DNA of 64,000 bases from an uncultured virus (IMG/VR IMGVR_UViG_3300045738_001030) (taxonomy: Duplodnaviria; Heunggongvirae; Uroviricota; Caudoviricetes), in the IMG/VR virus record IMGVR_UViG_3300045738_001030. The stretch is one strand, 5' to 3'. A model generated the notes under the pieces. That model saw nothing but the letters and a program-made list of their open reading frames with translations. It was not told where the DNA came from and made no database searches. The translations under genes were made by a program, and so were the position numbers. Positions 53,607-63,946 of the stretch are shown in pieces (position 1 is the first letter of the stretch; each line of letters starts with the position of its first letter).

Positions 53607-55259
53607 ATGGTTTATGAAATTACAAATCTTAATGACCTAGACGCTACAGACGTTACCGCTCTGCTTACTAAAATCACGGAAGAACTACAGGAAAAAAATC
53701 CCACTTTAGATTTAAAGCGAGGAGTGCTCCACGATAGTGTGGTCTATTATCACGCTGTGCTAGAAACTGCTATTCGAGAAAATTTAGATCGTTACTTGTC
53801 GGCACGTAGTTTGAAGCAAATTGAAGTAGACCCCACAATCGCCGATACGACTACGGTTGACGACATATTGAGTAACTGGGGAGTTTCGAGACGTGACGGA
53901 ACGCAAGCACAGGGCGAAGTGACCATTATTGTCAGTACTTCTTCCAGCGTTTCTTTTGCGTCAGACGCCGTGTTTGAGGCGAATGGACTCTCTTTTACCT
54001 CCGATCTTGCTTATTCGTCTACGTCTAATTCGGCGGCAGTAGCTACACCTAATGATCGTCTTATGACGCAGCTTAGCGATGGTAATTGGTCATTTACTAT
54101 TTTTGTGACAGCAGTTGAAACTGGGGCCGATGGGAAACTAACTGCTAACACCTCGATTATTCCTGAAACTCCTATTTCGAACTACGTTTCCAGTTATGTA
54201 ACTGCTGACTTTGCAGGGGGGACGGAGACTGAAACAAATAGTGAGTTGCTTAACGTGTTGCAAGATGGGCTTGCTGCAAAAGCGCTTTCTAACCGCGTTA
54301 ATATGCGTTCGTTCCTTCGTTCTTTATCGCAATTTCCGGCTGTCACTAATCAATCAATAGTGGGTTATGGTGACGCAGAGATGTTGCGAGACAAGCATTC
54401 TCTTTTTCCTGTAAGTTACGGGGGCCGGGTTGACTGGTATATCCGGGGACAAGAGGGGCTTCAAATAGTCACGTTAACTAAATCAGCGACATTGATCAGC
54501 GTGAACACAGAGGGAGAAGGGACGTGGCAGTTCACGTTAGTAAAAGTAGATGCTCCCGGGTTTTATGAAGTTTCTCGTATCTCTCTTCCCTCGTCAGATC
54601 CCGAGGAAACAGGAACTTTTAGTGTTACTAGCGATGTTCGGGGGTTGGACTTGACGGGAAGTGGATTCATACCCGACATTAAGACGCAGGTGGAAGGTGC
54701 GTTTACGGCATATCAGACAGCGACGATTCAGTTTGTAGACACTGTCACAGATGCCTCTTCACTTTCGGCTGGGGACAAAAAAGATTACACAGTCAATGTG
54801 TCAAATACACCTTCTATTGGAGAACTCCAAGATTATGTGGGTGGTCGAGACGTTCGAAGTTACGGTGCCGACGCTTTAATAAAGGCACCAGTTCCTTGTT
54901 TTGTTCAAGTTTCATGCGTAATTAATAAAACTGGTGCGGACGCGGACCCAGATTTAGCGGGTATTAAGAATTCAATTATATCCTTAATTAACAATACTGG
55001 ATTTATTGGTCGTTTGGACGGTTCTAGGATACTTGATGTAATCCATGGATACATTCAAAACGATGTTAGCATCACAGATCTAGATATTCTGGGTCGAATT
55101 TTAACGCCGGGCGGTACAACTACATGGTTGCATGATTCTTCTTCTATTGTTGTGGTAGATGACTCTTCTGGTATGGTAACAGCTAAAACGGTTCAATTTT
55201 TTGCCAGTGTTTCCGATATTTCTGTAGATGTGCAGACAACGATTCCAACGTTCACTTAG
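53607..55259 (+). CDS. Baseplate J-like (gp6-like) wedge protein
   Basis: DDILSNWGVSRRDGTQAQGEV, VTAVETGADG, FAGGTETETNSELL, GGRVDWYI. Confidence 0.85.
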   Translation: MVYEITNLNDLDATDVTALLTKITEELQEKNPTLDLKRGVLHDSVVYYHAVLETAIRENLDRYLSARSLKQIEVDPTIADTTTVDDILSNWGVSRRDGTQAQGEVTIIVSTSSSVSFASDAVFEANGLSFTSDLAYSSTSNSAAVATPNDRLMTQLSDGNWSFTIFVTAVETGADGKLTANTSIIPETPISNYVSSYVTADFAGGTETETNSELLNVLQDGLAAKALSNRVNMRSFLRSLSQFPAVTNQSIVGYGDAEMLRDKHSLFPVSYGGRVDWYIRGQEGLQIVTLTKSATLISVNTEGEGTWQFTLVKVDAPGFYEVSRISLPSSDPEETGTFSVTSDVRGLDLTGSGFIPDIKTQVEGAFTAYQTATIQFVDTVTDASSLSAGDKKDYTVNVSNTPSIGELQDYVGGRDVRSYGADALIKAPVPCFVQVSCVINKTGADADPDLAGIKNSIISLINNTGFIGRLDGSRILDVIHGYIQNDVSITDLDILGRILTPGGTTTWLHDSSSIVVVDDSSGMVTAKTVQFFASVSDISVDVQTTIPTFT

Positions 55260-55281
55260 TATTAATTCAGGAACGGTAAAA

Positions 55282-55488
55282 ATGGACAATACACGATTCA
55301 AGCTTACAAAAACCGATTTAACCAAAGTAGGTAAGGGGGTTCTAGTTGCTATAGCTGGGGCTGCTTTGACCTATTTAACTGAGTGGGCTGCTAACACGGA
55401 TTTCGGGTCTTATACGCCTGTTATTGTGGCTGGACTTTCAATTTTAGCCAACATAGTCCGAAAGTGGTCTACTCCTAGCTCAGAGTGA
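55282..55488 (+). CDS. Putative holin (two transmembrane helices)
   Basis: 68 aa; GVLVAIAGAALTYL and TPVIVAGLSILANIV, followed by RKW. Confidence 0.62.
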   Translation: MDNTRFKLTKTDLTKVGKGVLVAIAGAALTYLTEWAANTDFGSYTPVIVAGLSILANIVRKWSTPSSE

Positions 55489-55499
55489 GAGGAGGAGTG

Positions 55500-55958
55500 A
55501 TGAGACGAAAAGAACTATTTATCCTGCTGATCGGGATGCTGCTGCTGATCGGATGCAGGAAGTCATCGGACCCTGTGTATGCAACAAAGGCAGGCGCGGA
55601 GAACAATGAATATATACCATCAGCTGAACTGCAAACTCTTGTAAGTCCATTACGGGATTTGGGTATGAGTGCGAAAGATGCCGCTAAAATGGCTAAGTTT
55701 TTTGAAGATTTTGCCGATGTCCTTAGTCGGGATGATTCGATTCTAAAGACGACGGAGGATATTCGAGAAGGGTATATTCGCGCAGAAACGTTGATGTTGC
55801 AAAAAACAGAACTGGTAGGGAAGTACCCGGGATTTGGTAAGGCTAAAGACGATATTCTAGCCGAGACTCTTGGACTTAATCGTGTTCTTTTGACCTCTGA
55901 AAAACGTTCTAAAGCTGTCGATGCGTTTAAGGCGATGGCTTGGGCATTGGGAGGTTAA
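55500..55958 (+). CDS. Lipoprotein
   Basis: GGAGGAG RBS; MRRKELFILLIGMLLLIG-C lipobox. Confidence 0.7.
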   Translation: MRRKELFILLIGMLLLIGCRKSSDPVYATKAGAENNEYIPSAELQTLVSPLRDLGMSAKDAAKMAKFFEDFADVLSRDDSILKTTEDIREGYIRAETLMLQKTELVGKYPGFGKAKDDILAETLGLNRVLLTSEKRSKAVDAFKAMAWALGG

Positions 55959-55960
55959 CG

Positions 55961-56902
55961 ATGCCCGCAAATTTTCCAGACAATCCTACCCCCGCAGAAT
56001 TGCGCAGAGCATACGCGGGGGGATTTGAAGGTGCTAAATGCGATCCCGAGGGTCTTGCAAATCTCTTGGGAGACTTACTGCACCCGCTTTTTGGTGCTTC
56101 AGCTTATTCGCTAGAGGGCGACGGCAAAGGCAAAGTTTCCTTGCCGTTCAAGTCATTATTGAAGTTTGACTCGGGTTTTGGCCCTTCAGAGAGCCAAACC
56201 ACCGGAGACTGCGTCAGTCATGCCACTAGGAACGCTGTAGACGTCACCAGAGCCGTTGAGATCGACATTAAAGGGGAAGAGGAGGGTTTCCTGCACCGTG
56301 GCGCTACAGAGGCCATATACGGCTCTAGGGGGCATGGTGGGCAAGGAATGGCATGTTCAGAGGCTGCCCGTTTTGTTAGTCAGGAGGGAGGAATTCTCCT
56401 TCGTAAAGACTATGGATATGTCGACTTTTCTGTGTATGACAGTTCACTCGGTGCAAAGTGGGGACGCAGGGGAGTTCCTGACTCTATCGAGAAGGAAGGA
56501 CGTCGACATCAAGTGAACACTGTTTCCTTGGTGGTATCTGTGGCAGAAGCCCGGGATGCCTTAGCAAATGGCTATGCATTGTCGGTGTGCAGCAGTGTGG
56601 GGTTCTCATCGCGACGAAATGACAATGGCTATGCGAATCGTAAGGGCTCTTGGAATCATGCGATGGCATGGGTTGGTTGTAACGACACTAAGAAAAACGG
56701 GGGTCCCGGCTTCTTAGTACAGAACAGTTGGGGAAGATGGAATGGGGGAGGTAAGAAGTTCGATCAACCTGACGGTAGCTTCTGGATTAACTACAATACG
56801 GCTGCGAGACTGATTGATGCACGCGGTTCGTGGGTTTTTTCAGATGTTGACGGTTTCCCGCCGCGAAAATTACCTGATTACGGAAAATCATTATGGGGGT
56901 AG
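55961..56902 (+). CDS. Papain-like (C1-type) cysteine peptidase
   Basis: Q-TTGD-C-VSHA (oxyanion Gln and catalytic Cys), WNHAM (His), VQNSWG (Asn), GSFWI. Confidence 0.85.
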   Translation: MPANFPDNPTPAELRRAYAGGFEGAKCDPEGLANLLGDLLHPLFGASAYSLEGDGKGKVSLPFKSLLKFDSGFGPSESQTTGDCVSHATRNAVDVTRAVEIDIKGEEEGFLHRGATEAIYGSRGHGGQGMACSEAARFVSQEGGILLRKDYGYVDFSVYDSSLGAKWGRRGVPDSIEKEGRRHQVNTVSLVVSVAEARDALANGYALSVCSSVGFSSRRNDNGYANRKGSWNHAMAWVGCNDTKKNGGPGFLVQNSWGRWNGGGKKFDQPDGSFWINYNTAARLIDARGSWVFSDVDGFPPRKLPDYGKSLWG

Positions 56903-56906
56903 TACA

Positions 56907-57194
56907 ATGGATGTACGAACCGGAAGACTTGTTTTAAGTGTTGTTTTCTTGATCGGTGGGTGCGGTCAGTTTCTTCCTTCCGCATATGTTGATACGACGG
57001 ATTGGACTCCCACCATCTCTGTTTCTCTAGCTATGGCGACGTTGAACGTCCCGGCTCCTGACGATACTACGCCAGCACCAGATCCGGACCCGGCTAAATG
57101 TCCGTGCAAAGGTACTGGCATCATTACGCATGGAGACGGTCATACAACGCCATGTCCATACCACGGCGAAGACAACAAACCAGATGAAGGATAA
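56907..57194 (+). CDS. Small putative lipoprotein with C-terminal Zn-finger-like motif
   Basis: LVLSVVFLIGG-C; Pro/Asp linker; CPCKGTG...GDGHTTPCPYH. Confidence 0.6.
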   Translation: MDVRTGRLVLSVVFLIGGCGQFLPSAYVDTTDWTPTISVSLAMATLNVPAPDDTTPAPDPDPAKCPCKGTGIITHGDGHTTPCPYHGEDNKPDEG

Positions 57195-57195
57195 T

Positions 57196-58752
57196 ATGGT
57201 TAAGTATGTTTATCCAACAAATGATCTAGATCGTGCTGACAGGTTATTGGACTTGTTAGGTAGCTACTGGTCTACCACGTATCTAGGCATGGATTTAGTA
57301 CAAGATATTTTGAGGGCTAAAGCGCATTTGACTGCTCAAACTTGGCTCAACTTTATGGAGCTTATTGCGGCAGTATCCAGATTTAATGTTCCCGTATACC
57401 ACCAAGAAAATTGGTACGCGCTTACCCTAAAAGAATCCGAATTAAATAACTTTGATGTGCTTATATCCGATTACAAAACTGGTACATCTCGCACATATGA
57501 CGTATCGGAAGGTTTAGAGTATGGGAAAATAGCTGCGGTAGACGGGTATTTTTCAGTGCCGTTACCCGCATCGGTCATAAAAGTTAATACTATTTTGAAC
57601 CGTATTGTTTCCCCGTCGTTGACGCTGTCATCCGGAGTAGATTATTGGATTGAAGAGTCTGGCGTCCTGACTTTCAGAGAGAATCCGTTTAATAACGATG
57701 CTATTACAGTTCGAGACATTGTTAAGGATAGTGTTGTTGTTGATCGAGAGTGCATTTTATGGCTTTACCACGGCCAGTGGGATTGGGATACCGTTTATAA
57801 GCAGTTCGGATACGCGTTAAATCTGCGTATGAAATCCAGCAGCGGCTACCGTGACATTATTAATGCGGTATTGGATGCTTTTGCTGGTGGTACCACCATA
57901 AGAGACATTCAGTTTGCGTGGTCTGCGATTACCGGCGTATCGCTCGTCGTTGAACAAGAGGAGACCGTAGAGCTTGTTCAAAAAGATGTGCGATCATTAG
58001 TCGTCGTGACGGATAAAAATGCATACAATTTCAATCCGCTTTCCGGGGCGATTGTCGTTGAGGGCGAAAAGGTTTACGCAGGAAACGAGTTAGTTGACGC
58101 AGTTCAAATTTTCGAATTTAACCGTGGGGAAGTGCCTGCGGACTTAGCGGGGCTTGTATTGGGCCCCGGATTTTTGTCCTTGGGATTCTTTGGGGACCTT
58201 TCATTCGAGAATAAAGACGTGGCTATCGTTGTTGAAGAGGACGTGGACGATTACACGAAGGTTTCGTGGGATCTTGGCGGTTTTCCCGGTGACGTCGTTA
58301 AATTCTGGGAAGATACGCACGCTTCGGGGGTGGCAGCGGGTAAAACGCTTGCCATGTATTTGGATATTCGATCCGACCCTGTCGGACAACCGGTGGCTGC
58401 CAATCTTCCGACTACAATTAATCCTTTAGAGTTTCTTTGCGAGAATTTTTTACGGTATAATACGTTTTTGGTCCGAATTAAGTCGAATCAGCTGGGAGTT
58501 GACAAATTACCGTCAATACCCGCAGATTCACTTCGAAAAATTATCCCGCCCCAAACGGCAATGATTGTCTTAGTCGAATTGGTTCACACTGACAATCCTG
58601 TTATTATGGACGGAGCTGGAAGTACTTCTGACGCAGGATATGAGGAAGAATTAAGCGGGTTTCCGTGTATGCCAACGGACGAAAGCATGCTTGGAACCAC
58701 TTACATCACTGAAGAAATTCGTCTAGTTCAGATTGCTGGGCGCTGCCAATAG
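57196..58752 (+). CDS. Putative baseplate wedge protein
   Basis: ATG 57196 just after the upstream stop; VYKQFGYAL..YRDIINAVLDAFAGGTT, LRKIIPPQT patterns; position after the J-like gene. Confidence 0.55.
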   Translation: MVKYVYPTNDLDRADRLLDLLGSYWSTTYLGMDLVQDILRAKAHLTAQTWLNFMELIAAVSRFNVPVYHQENWYALTLKESELNNFDVLISDYKTGTSRTYDVSEGLEYGKIAAVDGYFSVPLPASVIKVNTILNRIVSPSLTLSSGVDYWIEESGVLTFRENPFNNDAITVRDIVKDSVVVDRECILWLYHGQWDWDTVYKQFGYALNLRMKSSSGYRDIINAVLDAFAGGTTIRDIQFAWSAITGVSLVVEQEETVELVQKDVRSLVVVTDKNAYNFNPLSGAIVVEGEKVYAGNELVDAVQIFEFNRGEVPADLAGLVLGPGFLSLGFFGDLSFENKDVAIVVEEDVDDYTKVSWDLGGFPGDVVKFWEDTHASGVAAGKTLAMYLDIRSDPVGQPVAANLPTTINPLEFLCENFLRYNTFLVRIKSNQLGVDKLPSIPADSLRKIIPPQTAMIVLVELVHTDNPVIMDGAGSTSDAGYEEELSGFPCMPTDESMLGTTYITEEIRLVQIAGRCQ

Positions 58753-58761
58753 GATTATAGA

Positions 58762-59367
58762 ATGTCTTTAATTGACCCAAACCAAGATAAGCGAGAAATT
58801 ATCCCGCCTCCTGTGGGTCGCGTACGTGCCTACAGTATCCCTGCTCCCTACACAGATTCGCCATGGGAACTTATGACAGACTGGTCTACGAACCTCGTTG
58901 TGTACGAGTGGGCGAGTATTGTCGGCAATCTCCTGAATGGCACGGGATTGAACTATCGAATTGGGGGTATGTACCTCGAATTTGATAACGACGGGAGTCC
59001 AGTTACTCCCCCTTCGTTTGATAGAACTCGCAATGTCGGTTATTACAACGACTTGACGGGTAATCGAGACTATTTGCGTGTGGGTTTAACTTCCGCGCTA
59101 CTTACATCTTCGGATGCAACGCTCTTTCCGGGCGGCAATAAATGTACTTTCTTTTCTCGTAGTCAAGGAACCCAAGGCGTGCATTCAACAGCGTTCAGTA
59201 ATGCTGCCGGTTCCATCATTTTCGGGGCCTCATTAGTTGCCTATGTCGATGATACTGATTCGACACAGGATTTGATTCTTAGCAGCATGTATTTTGATTC
59301 TGGTGATCAACAGGAAAAGCTGTCTACGAGTCAAATCGGACTAGAGTGGGAGCTTACACTGCAATAG
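58762..59367 (+). CDS. Putative baseplate/tail-fibre attachment protein
   Basis: 201 aa; NLVV..W...VGNLL..YRIGGMYLEF; ends IGLEWELTL; precedes fibre genes. Confidence 0.5.
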   Translation: MSLIDPNQDKREIIPPPVGRVRAYSIPAPYTDSPWELMTDWSTNLVVYEWASIVGNLLNGTGLNYRIGGMYLEFDNDGSPVTPPSFDRTRNVGYYNDLTGNRDYLRVGLTSALLTSSDATLFPGGNKCTFFSRSQGTQGVHSTAFSNAAGSIIFGASLVAYVDDTDSTQDLILSSMYFDSGDQQEKLSTSQIGLEWELTLQ

Positions 59368-59378
59368 GGAACTCACGG

Positions 59379-61217
59379 ATGAGCCTCGAACGATTTATCA
59401 AGTTTATTAAAGAGGGAGAGCCGGTAGCCCCGGGTACTCCTAATCGTCCTTTACGTCAGCTGGATCAAAACGTCCAGTATCTCTGGGATGTAATTCAGGC
59501 TGCGGAATTAGGATCGACCGTCTATGCCCGAGAAGTAGTAATTGAAGCCGATGCTCAAGTGGGTATGCCGGTTTACTGGAATACCGTTGAGAGTCGTTTT
59601 GATCGTGCTGTTGCTGGCATGCAAACGGATGCTACAACAGGCTATTTGATTCAGACGGATTCATCGCATGTGTGGGGTATTGTCGCTGAAAAGCATAGTG
59701 CCACATCCGCAGACTTATTATTGTTCGGGTATGCCAAGATTGATGTGTCTGCGGCTACTGATTCTACGGGTGGTGTTCCTGCCGGTACTTATTACCTGTC
59801 GGGAACAGGCCTTGGGAAATTGGTTCTTCAGAAACCACCAGTTTCAGTTCCCGTTCTTCGTTCTGACGGTGGCGGGAACATCTTTGTTAATCCATCATTC
59901 ATGGACTCACTGGATAACCACCAGCATTACAAGTTCGACTTAGTAATGTTACCTGCTGGTGACGTATCTCCTCCTGCGGAAGGGGCCATACATACGATCA
60001 CCAGTCCGGATTCTGATCAGACGGGGTGGTTACCGGCAGATGACGCTATATTTGACAGCAAAGCTCCGGCGGGAGCCAAGTTTGGTTACAACATCAGCGT
60101 AGATTATTATCTGAACAACTTGTGGCCCCCAATACCTGTTCAGAGCGCTGACGTAGAGCTTATACGTCCCTCGATTTATGATTCGGCGGATTTGAAGCTA
60201 AGGGAGAAACTTGCCGGTCAGATTCTTGCTGACATCGTACAAGTCGATAGCAACGGTATCTGGTGGATGACCGATTGCTATGATCAAGTGCCGTGGCCCA
60301 CAGATTACACCACAGGCGATTCCCTGTCATATTCGCTAGATACGTGTCCGCAGGAGTCTGTTCCTGCGATGCTGCTGTACTTTACTAAGGTCAATTTCGC
60401 TACGGATATTACAGTTGTTCGTAGTTTGAAATCTTTGGATGGACGTCTGAAGATTTATTGTGCTGGAACTACCACAATCGAGTCTGTCGGCGATCTGGAA
60501 CTTGACTTAGATTTGAATTTCGTTATCGGCGACGATGACACAGCTGGTTATTTGGCATTTAAAGAGATTGACGGTAATAGTTTCAAACGTGGTCCTGTGG
60601 TGGAAGGCCTTTATAAGGGCAGTACGAATGTTATTTTGGCCGGAGATGCGTCTAAATCCCTAGTTATTGATGGGGAAACTGAAACTGTTTGGTACGGCAA
60701 TATCAGTGTCGGTATTTTAGCTAATCCGACGCAAGAATTAGCTAGCCAGCTTGTCAGGCTTGATGGGGTTACAGAAGAACATTACCCGGTATTGTATTTA
60801 GGTTTTCCTTCGGACGTAGAAACGAGTTTTATAGTCAAATTTGAGATTCCCGCAGATGCCCCTAACACCAAGTTTAGATATCGGCCAAGAATTATTGGTC
60901 GTGCTGCTGGTAACCTTCCAGCTTTGCTAATTGAATACCAGAGAGCTGAACGTCCAGCCGAGGCACCTGTTAATGTAGCCGGTAGTACAGGGGCTACCGG
61001 TATTCTCGTGCCTGATGCTGCGTTCGCCACATTAACCTCAGATACAGCCTTTAGCAGCCTTACCGCGAATTACGCTATTGAAGCTTTGACTGCCGCTGTA
61101 GACGTAGTGGCTGGAGACGTTGTGTATGTCAGGGTGACTCGGGTGAATCCAAGCGGTGATGGTTATGTGGGTGAATTAGGGGTTATGCAACAAAATGGAA
61201 TTTTATCGTCAACCTGA
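59379..61217 (+). CDS. Putative tail fibre / baseplate arm protein
   Basis: N-terminal EGEPVAPGTPNRPLRQLDQNVQYL matches a common myovirus fibre N-terminal motif; GTYYLSGTGLGKL. Confidence 0.62.
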   Translation: MSLERFIKFIKEGEPVAPGTPNRPLRQLDQNVQYLWDVIQAAELGSTVYAREVVIEADAQVGMPVYWNTVESRFDRAVAGMQTDATTGYLIQTDSSHVWGIVAEKHSATSADLLLFGYAKIDVSAATDSTGGVPAGTYYLSGTGLGKLVLQKPPVSVPVLRSDGGGNIFVNPSFMDSLDNHQHYKFDLVMLPAGDVSPPAEGAIHTITSPDSDQTGWLPADDAIFDSKAPAGAKFGYNISVDYYLNNLWPPIPVQSADVELIRPSIYDSADLKLREKLAGQILADIVQVDSNGIWWMTDCYDQVPWPTDYTTGDSLSYSLDTCPQESVPAMLLYFTKVNFATDITVVRSLKSLDGRLKIYCAGTTTIESVGDLELDLDLNFVIGDDDTAGYLAFKEIDGNSFKRGPVVEGLYKGSTNVILAGDASKSLVIDGETETVWYGNISVGILANPTQELASQLVRLDGVTEEHYPVLYLGFPSDVETSFIVKFEIPADAPNTKFRYRPRIIGRAAGNLPALLIEYQRAERPAEAPVNVAGSTGATGILVPDAAFATLTSDTAFSSLTANYAIEALTAAVDVVAGDVVYVRVTRVNPSGDGYVGELGVMQQNGILSST

Positions 61218-61229
61218 TAGGAGGTACGG

Positions 61230-62189
61230 ATGCCTCTCTCACAATGGAATCTAGAATGGCTAGATCACAATAGCCAAAGAAATTACCCTCTCGCAGAGGA
61301 TGCGACGGGTCTTGACAGCACAGACAGCTTCAAGATTCCAGAAGACTTCATAGTCGAAATGGATTTACCTATCCATGCTGCAATGGATATGGACCCCTCT
61401 AGGTTCTTTATTCGTCAAATTGTGGCTGCTGGCACCGGTTACTCCATCATCGTGTCTTATTCTGGTGATAGCGGTGTTCAGGATGTAGCGTCTGCCAATA
61501 TTCCGAAAACCTCGCACACAAGGTGGACGGTATATGCCTTAGGCGGTATCGAGCCTTTTGACGATACTGTCGGCAAAGTCACCATCAACAAGCTGTCTTC
61601 TATTGACGCACAGCCTCCGGGTCTGTGGGAATTCACTTACGCGGGTTCTAGAATTGAACCAGACACCGTTCGCCCGATCATACGGGGTGTGCAGTCTATT
61701 AAAGTTCAATCTGGTACTGTTAGCAGCGAACGATTTTACGGTGATATTGAGTTAGTGGCTGGTAATAACATTCAACTGACTCCGGTTGCTGTTGAAAGCG
61801 GCGTTTCAAAAATCATTATTAGTGCTTTAAGTGGTGAGGGGCTGGATGAGCCATGTGTTTGTGAGGGTGACGCAGCTAAGGTCCCCTGCATTAAAACTAT
61901 CAATGGCGTTTTTCCAACTCCTCAAGGTGAATTTAATCTTATTGGTGATGATTGTATCGAGTTAGAAGACCTCGCTGAAGCGCATGCGATCAGGATGACT
62001 GATGTATGTTGTGCTCCGTGTTGTGGTTGCGTTGAACTTGAAGCAATTACACAAGACCTCGAACGTTTTAATCAGCAAAAGATTAATTTAGAACTTTTCG
62101 TCAACACGTTACAGTCATCTGTAACTGAAATGAATATGGTTGTCCTTGGAGCCCGACTGGGTGACAAAGGCTGCATGACTTGTGAGTAA
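61230..62189 (+). CDS. Cys-rich fibre-like structural protein (paralog A)
   Basis: WLDHNSQRNYPL, GDIELVAGNNIQL, IKTINGV, CCAPCCGC then coiled coil. Confidence 0.62.
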   Translation: MPLSQWNLEWLDHNSQRNYPLAEDATGLDSTDSFKIPEDFIVEMDLPIHAAMDMDPSRFFIRQIVAAGTGYSIIVSYSGDSGVQDVASANIPKTSHTRWTVYALGGIEPFDDTVGKVTINKLSSIDAQPPGLWEFTYAGSRIEPDTVRPIIRGVQSIKVQSGTVSSERFYGDIELVAGNNIQLTPVAVESGVSKIIISALSGEGLDEPCVCEGDAAKVPCIKTINGVFPTPQGEFNLIGDDCIELEDLAEAHAIRMTDVCCAPCCGCVELEAITQDLERFNQQKINLELFVNTLQSSVTEMNMVVLGARLGDKGCMTCE

Positions 62190-62195
62190 TATAAG

Positions 62196-63905
62196 ATGGC
62201 AGACCCCCGAGGTCGTCAGCCCATCGGCGTCAATCAGCCGCCGGGTGGCGGCACTAATTATCCATTTAATCGCCCTTCCTCGGATATTCAATATCTACTA
62301 GGCGATTTTTATCTGTCCTTTACTGATATTACGTGTCAGTACTCTTACCCTTTTCACGTGGAGTGGATGTACGGGTTTGGTACTAACTCTGTAACGCCTC
62401 CTTCGGGCTACCCCGCTCCTGTTCATACTCGTGACATCATTATCAAGGATGCTAGTGGTGTGACAGTTTTTGACTCTACTCGGGATGGTACTCTGTATTC
62501 TGCCAACGTGTGGGGTACTCGTTTGCTTGTTCATGAGTGGGTTGATTCCGATAAGTACACTGTCTGTCGCTGCACAGAGCACACTGAATGGACTCAAGGG
62601 GACATCGATGCCGGTCTCGACAAAACTTATGACGATTACATCGTTCCTACGGATGGAATACTAGATGCGCGGACGTATAACAGGTTGCCTCAGCGTGTTA
62701 ATACAATAACTGTCGGTTTGGTGACTTTAGACGGTCAAATAAGCTTTGAAGAGGGATACAACATTGGGCTGACAGGAACTCTAAGAACTAGTGATATTGC
62801 TAAACTGACGTTGGCGGATATTGGAGTTGAAACGCAATCTGCTGAGGTAATTCCGGGCGAGCGTAGAACTACATACCTAACGTTAGACGCCACGCCGGGG
62901 CTTGGTTTAGGAACTTTTCCAAGTTGCGAGAACCTTGCGGATAATTACCAGACTGATTTGCGTAAATTGAACGGGGTTATAGGTGATGCGTCTGGAAACG
63001 TAAATTTGGATACTGAAGATGAGTCTTGTCTGCGTATCCAAAGGCCTACGGTTCTCACGAGTCTTGATCCTCGCGAATTTATATACTACTCACCCCTAGC
63101 GCCGGTCGATCAGCTGGTTCAGTCGAAATCAGCACTTGAGCTTCGAAATGACTGTGGTCCTTGTTGTGATTGCGAATATTTTGCAAGAACTTACCAAGGC
63201 TTAAAACGGCAATGGTTCTTTTATCAAGATATAGCCACGGATGCGGAAGAAACTCGGGATACTCATAATTCTAATATTCTCCGCTGGAATGCGCAAAAAG
63301 AATGCCGTGAAGCTAGGCCAATTAGCGTATCTACATTGGCAGAGCCTGACTGCAAGATCATACATTCATCAATTTTTGGTAACACTAGCAAATGCTGCCT
63401 GCTAAAAGTTCATTTTCGGTTTACTTTTTACTACTACCGCGCGGGTGGAATTATTAGTCCGCCTGAGCTAGCGTATTTTGATTGTAAACGCACAGAGATT
63501 TTGGGATCTCCTCAGGGAAATGGGCCGGAGGCTTATACATTAATCGGTGATTACCCGGTGTACGAAACCATTATTGACTACATGGAGCCTCAATCTAACG
63601 CCCGTACAACATTCAGATTCTGTTTTCCCAGCTGCCTAGAAAATGACCGAGTACAGATACGGACACACATATATTGGGAGGGTGTGCGTACTGAGGCCGA
63701 GTATCCAGAATGGCCGCTAAAAAACTTAACATGCTCTTATCCGACTGTAGACATCGACGCTGCGCTATACTCCCTTTGGTCTACTTCTTCGTTGGGCGTT
63801 CCCTCGGAGGATGTGCGGTACGATAAAGACACAAAACTTATAACAACTAACCCCATAAACAAATATTGTGTTCAATGCGATTGTGATAGCGTAAGCATAG
63901 GTTAA
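62196..63905 (+). CDS. Cys-rich fibre-like structural protein (paralog B)
   Basis: NYPF, GQISFEEGYNIGL, LRKLNGV, DCGPCCDC then helix; 20 Cys by manual count. Confidence 0.62.
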   Translation: MADPRGRQPIGVNQPPGGGTNYPFNRPSSDIQYLLGDFYLSFTDITCQYSYPFHVEWMYGFGTNSVTPPSGYPAPVHTRDIIIKDASGVTVFDSTRDGTLYSANVWGTRLLVHEWVDSDKYTVCRCTEHTEWTQGDIDAGLDKTYDDYIVPTDGILDARTYNRLPQRVNTITVGLVTLDGQISFEEGYNIGLTGTLRTSDIAKLTLADIGVETQSAEVIPGERRTTYLTLDATPGLGLGTFPSCENLADNYQTDLRKLNGVIGDASGNVNLDTEDESCLRIQRPTVLTSLDPREFIYYSPLAPVDQLVQSKSALELRNDCGPCCDCEYFARTYQGLKRQWFFYQDIATDAEETRDTHNSNILRWNAQKECREARPISVSTLAEPDCKIIHSSIFGNTSKCCLLKVHFRFTFYYYRAGGIISPPELAYFDCKRTEILGSPQGNGPEAYTLIGDYPVYETIIDYMEPQSNARTTFRFCFPSCLENDRVQIRTHIYWEGVRTEAEYPEWPLKNLTCSYPTVDIDAALYSLWSTSSLGVPSEDVRYDKDTKLITTNPINKYCVQCDCDSVSIG

Positions 63906-63946
63906 TACGCTCGCACTTAATTGCCAGTTATCCCGAAATGTAACTC

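Noticed and set aside
36261..58752. Extracellular contractile injection system, tailocin or T6SS locus
   Set aside because: Linked protease, scaffold, capsid, neck genes and RNR indicate a complete phage
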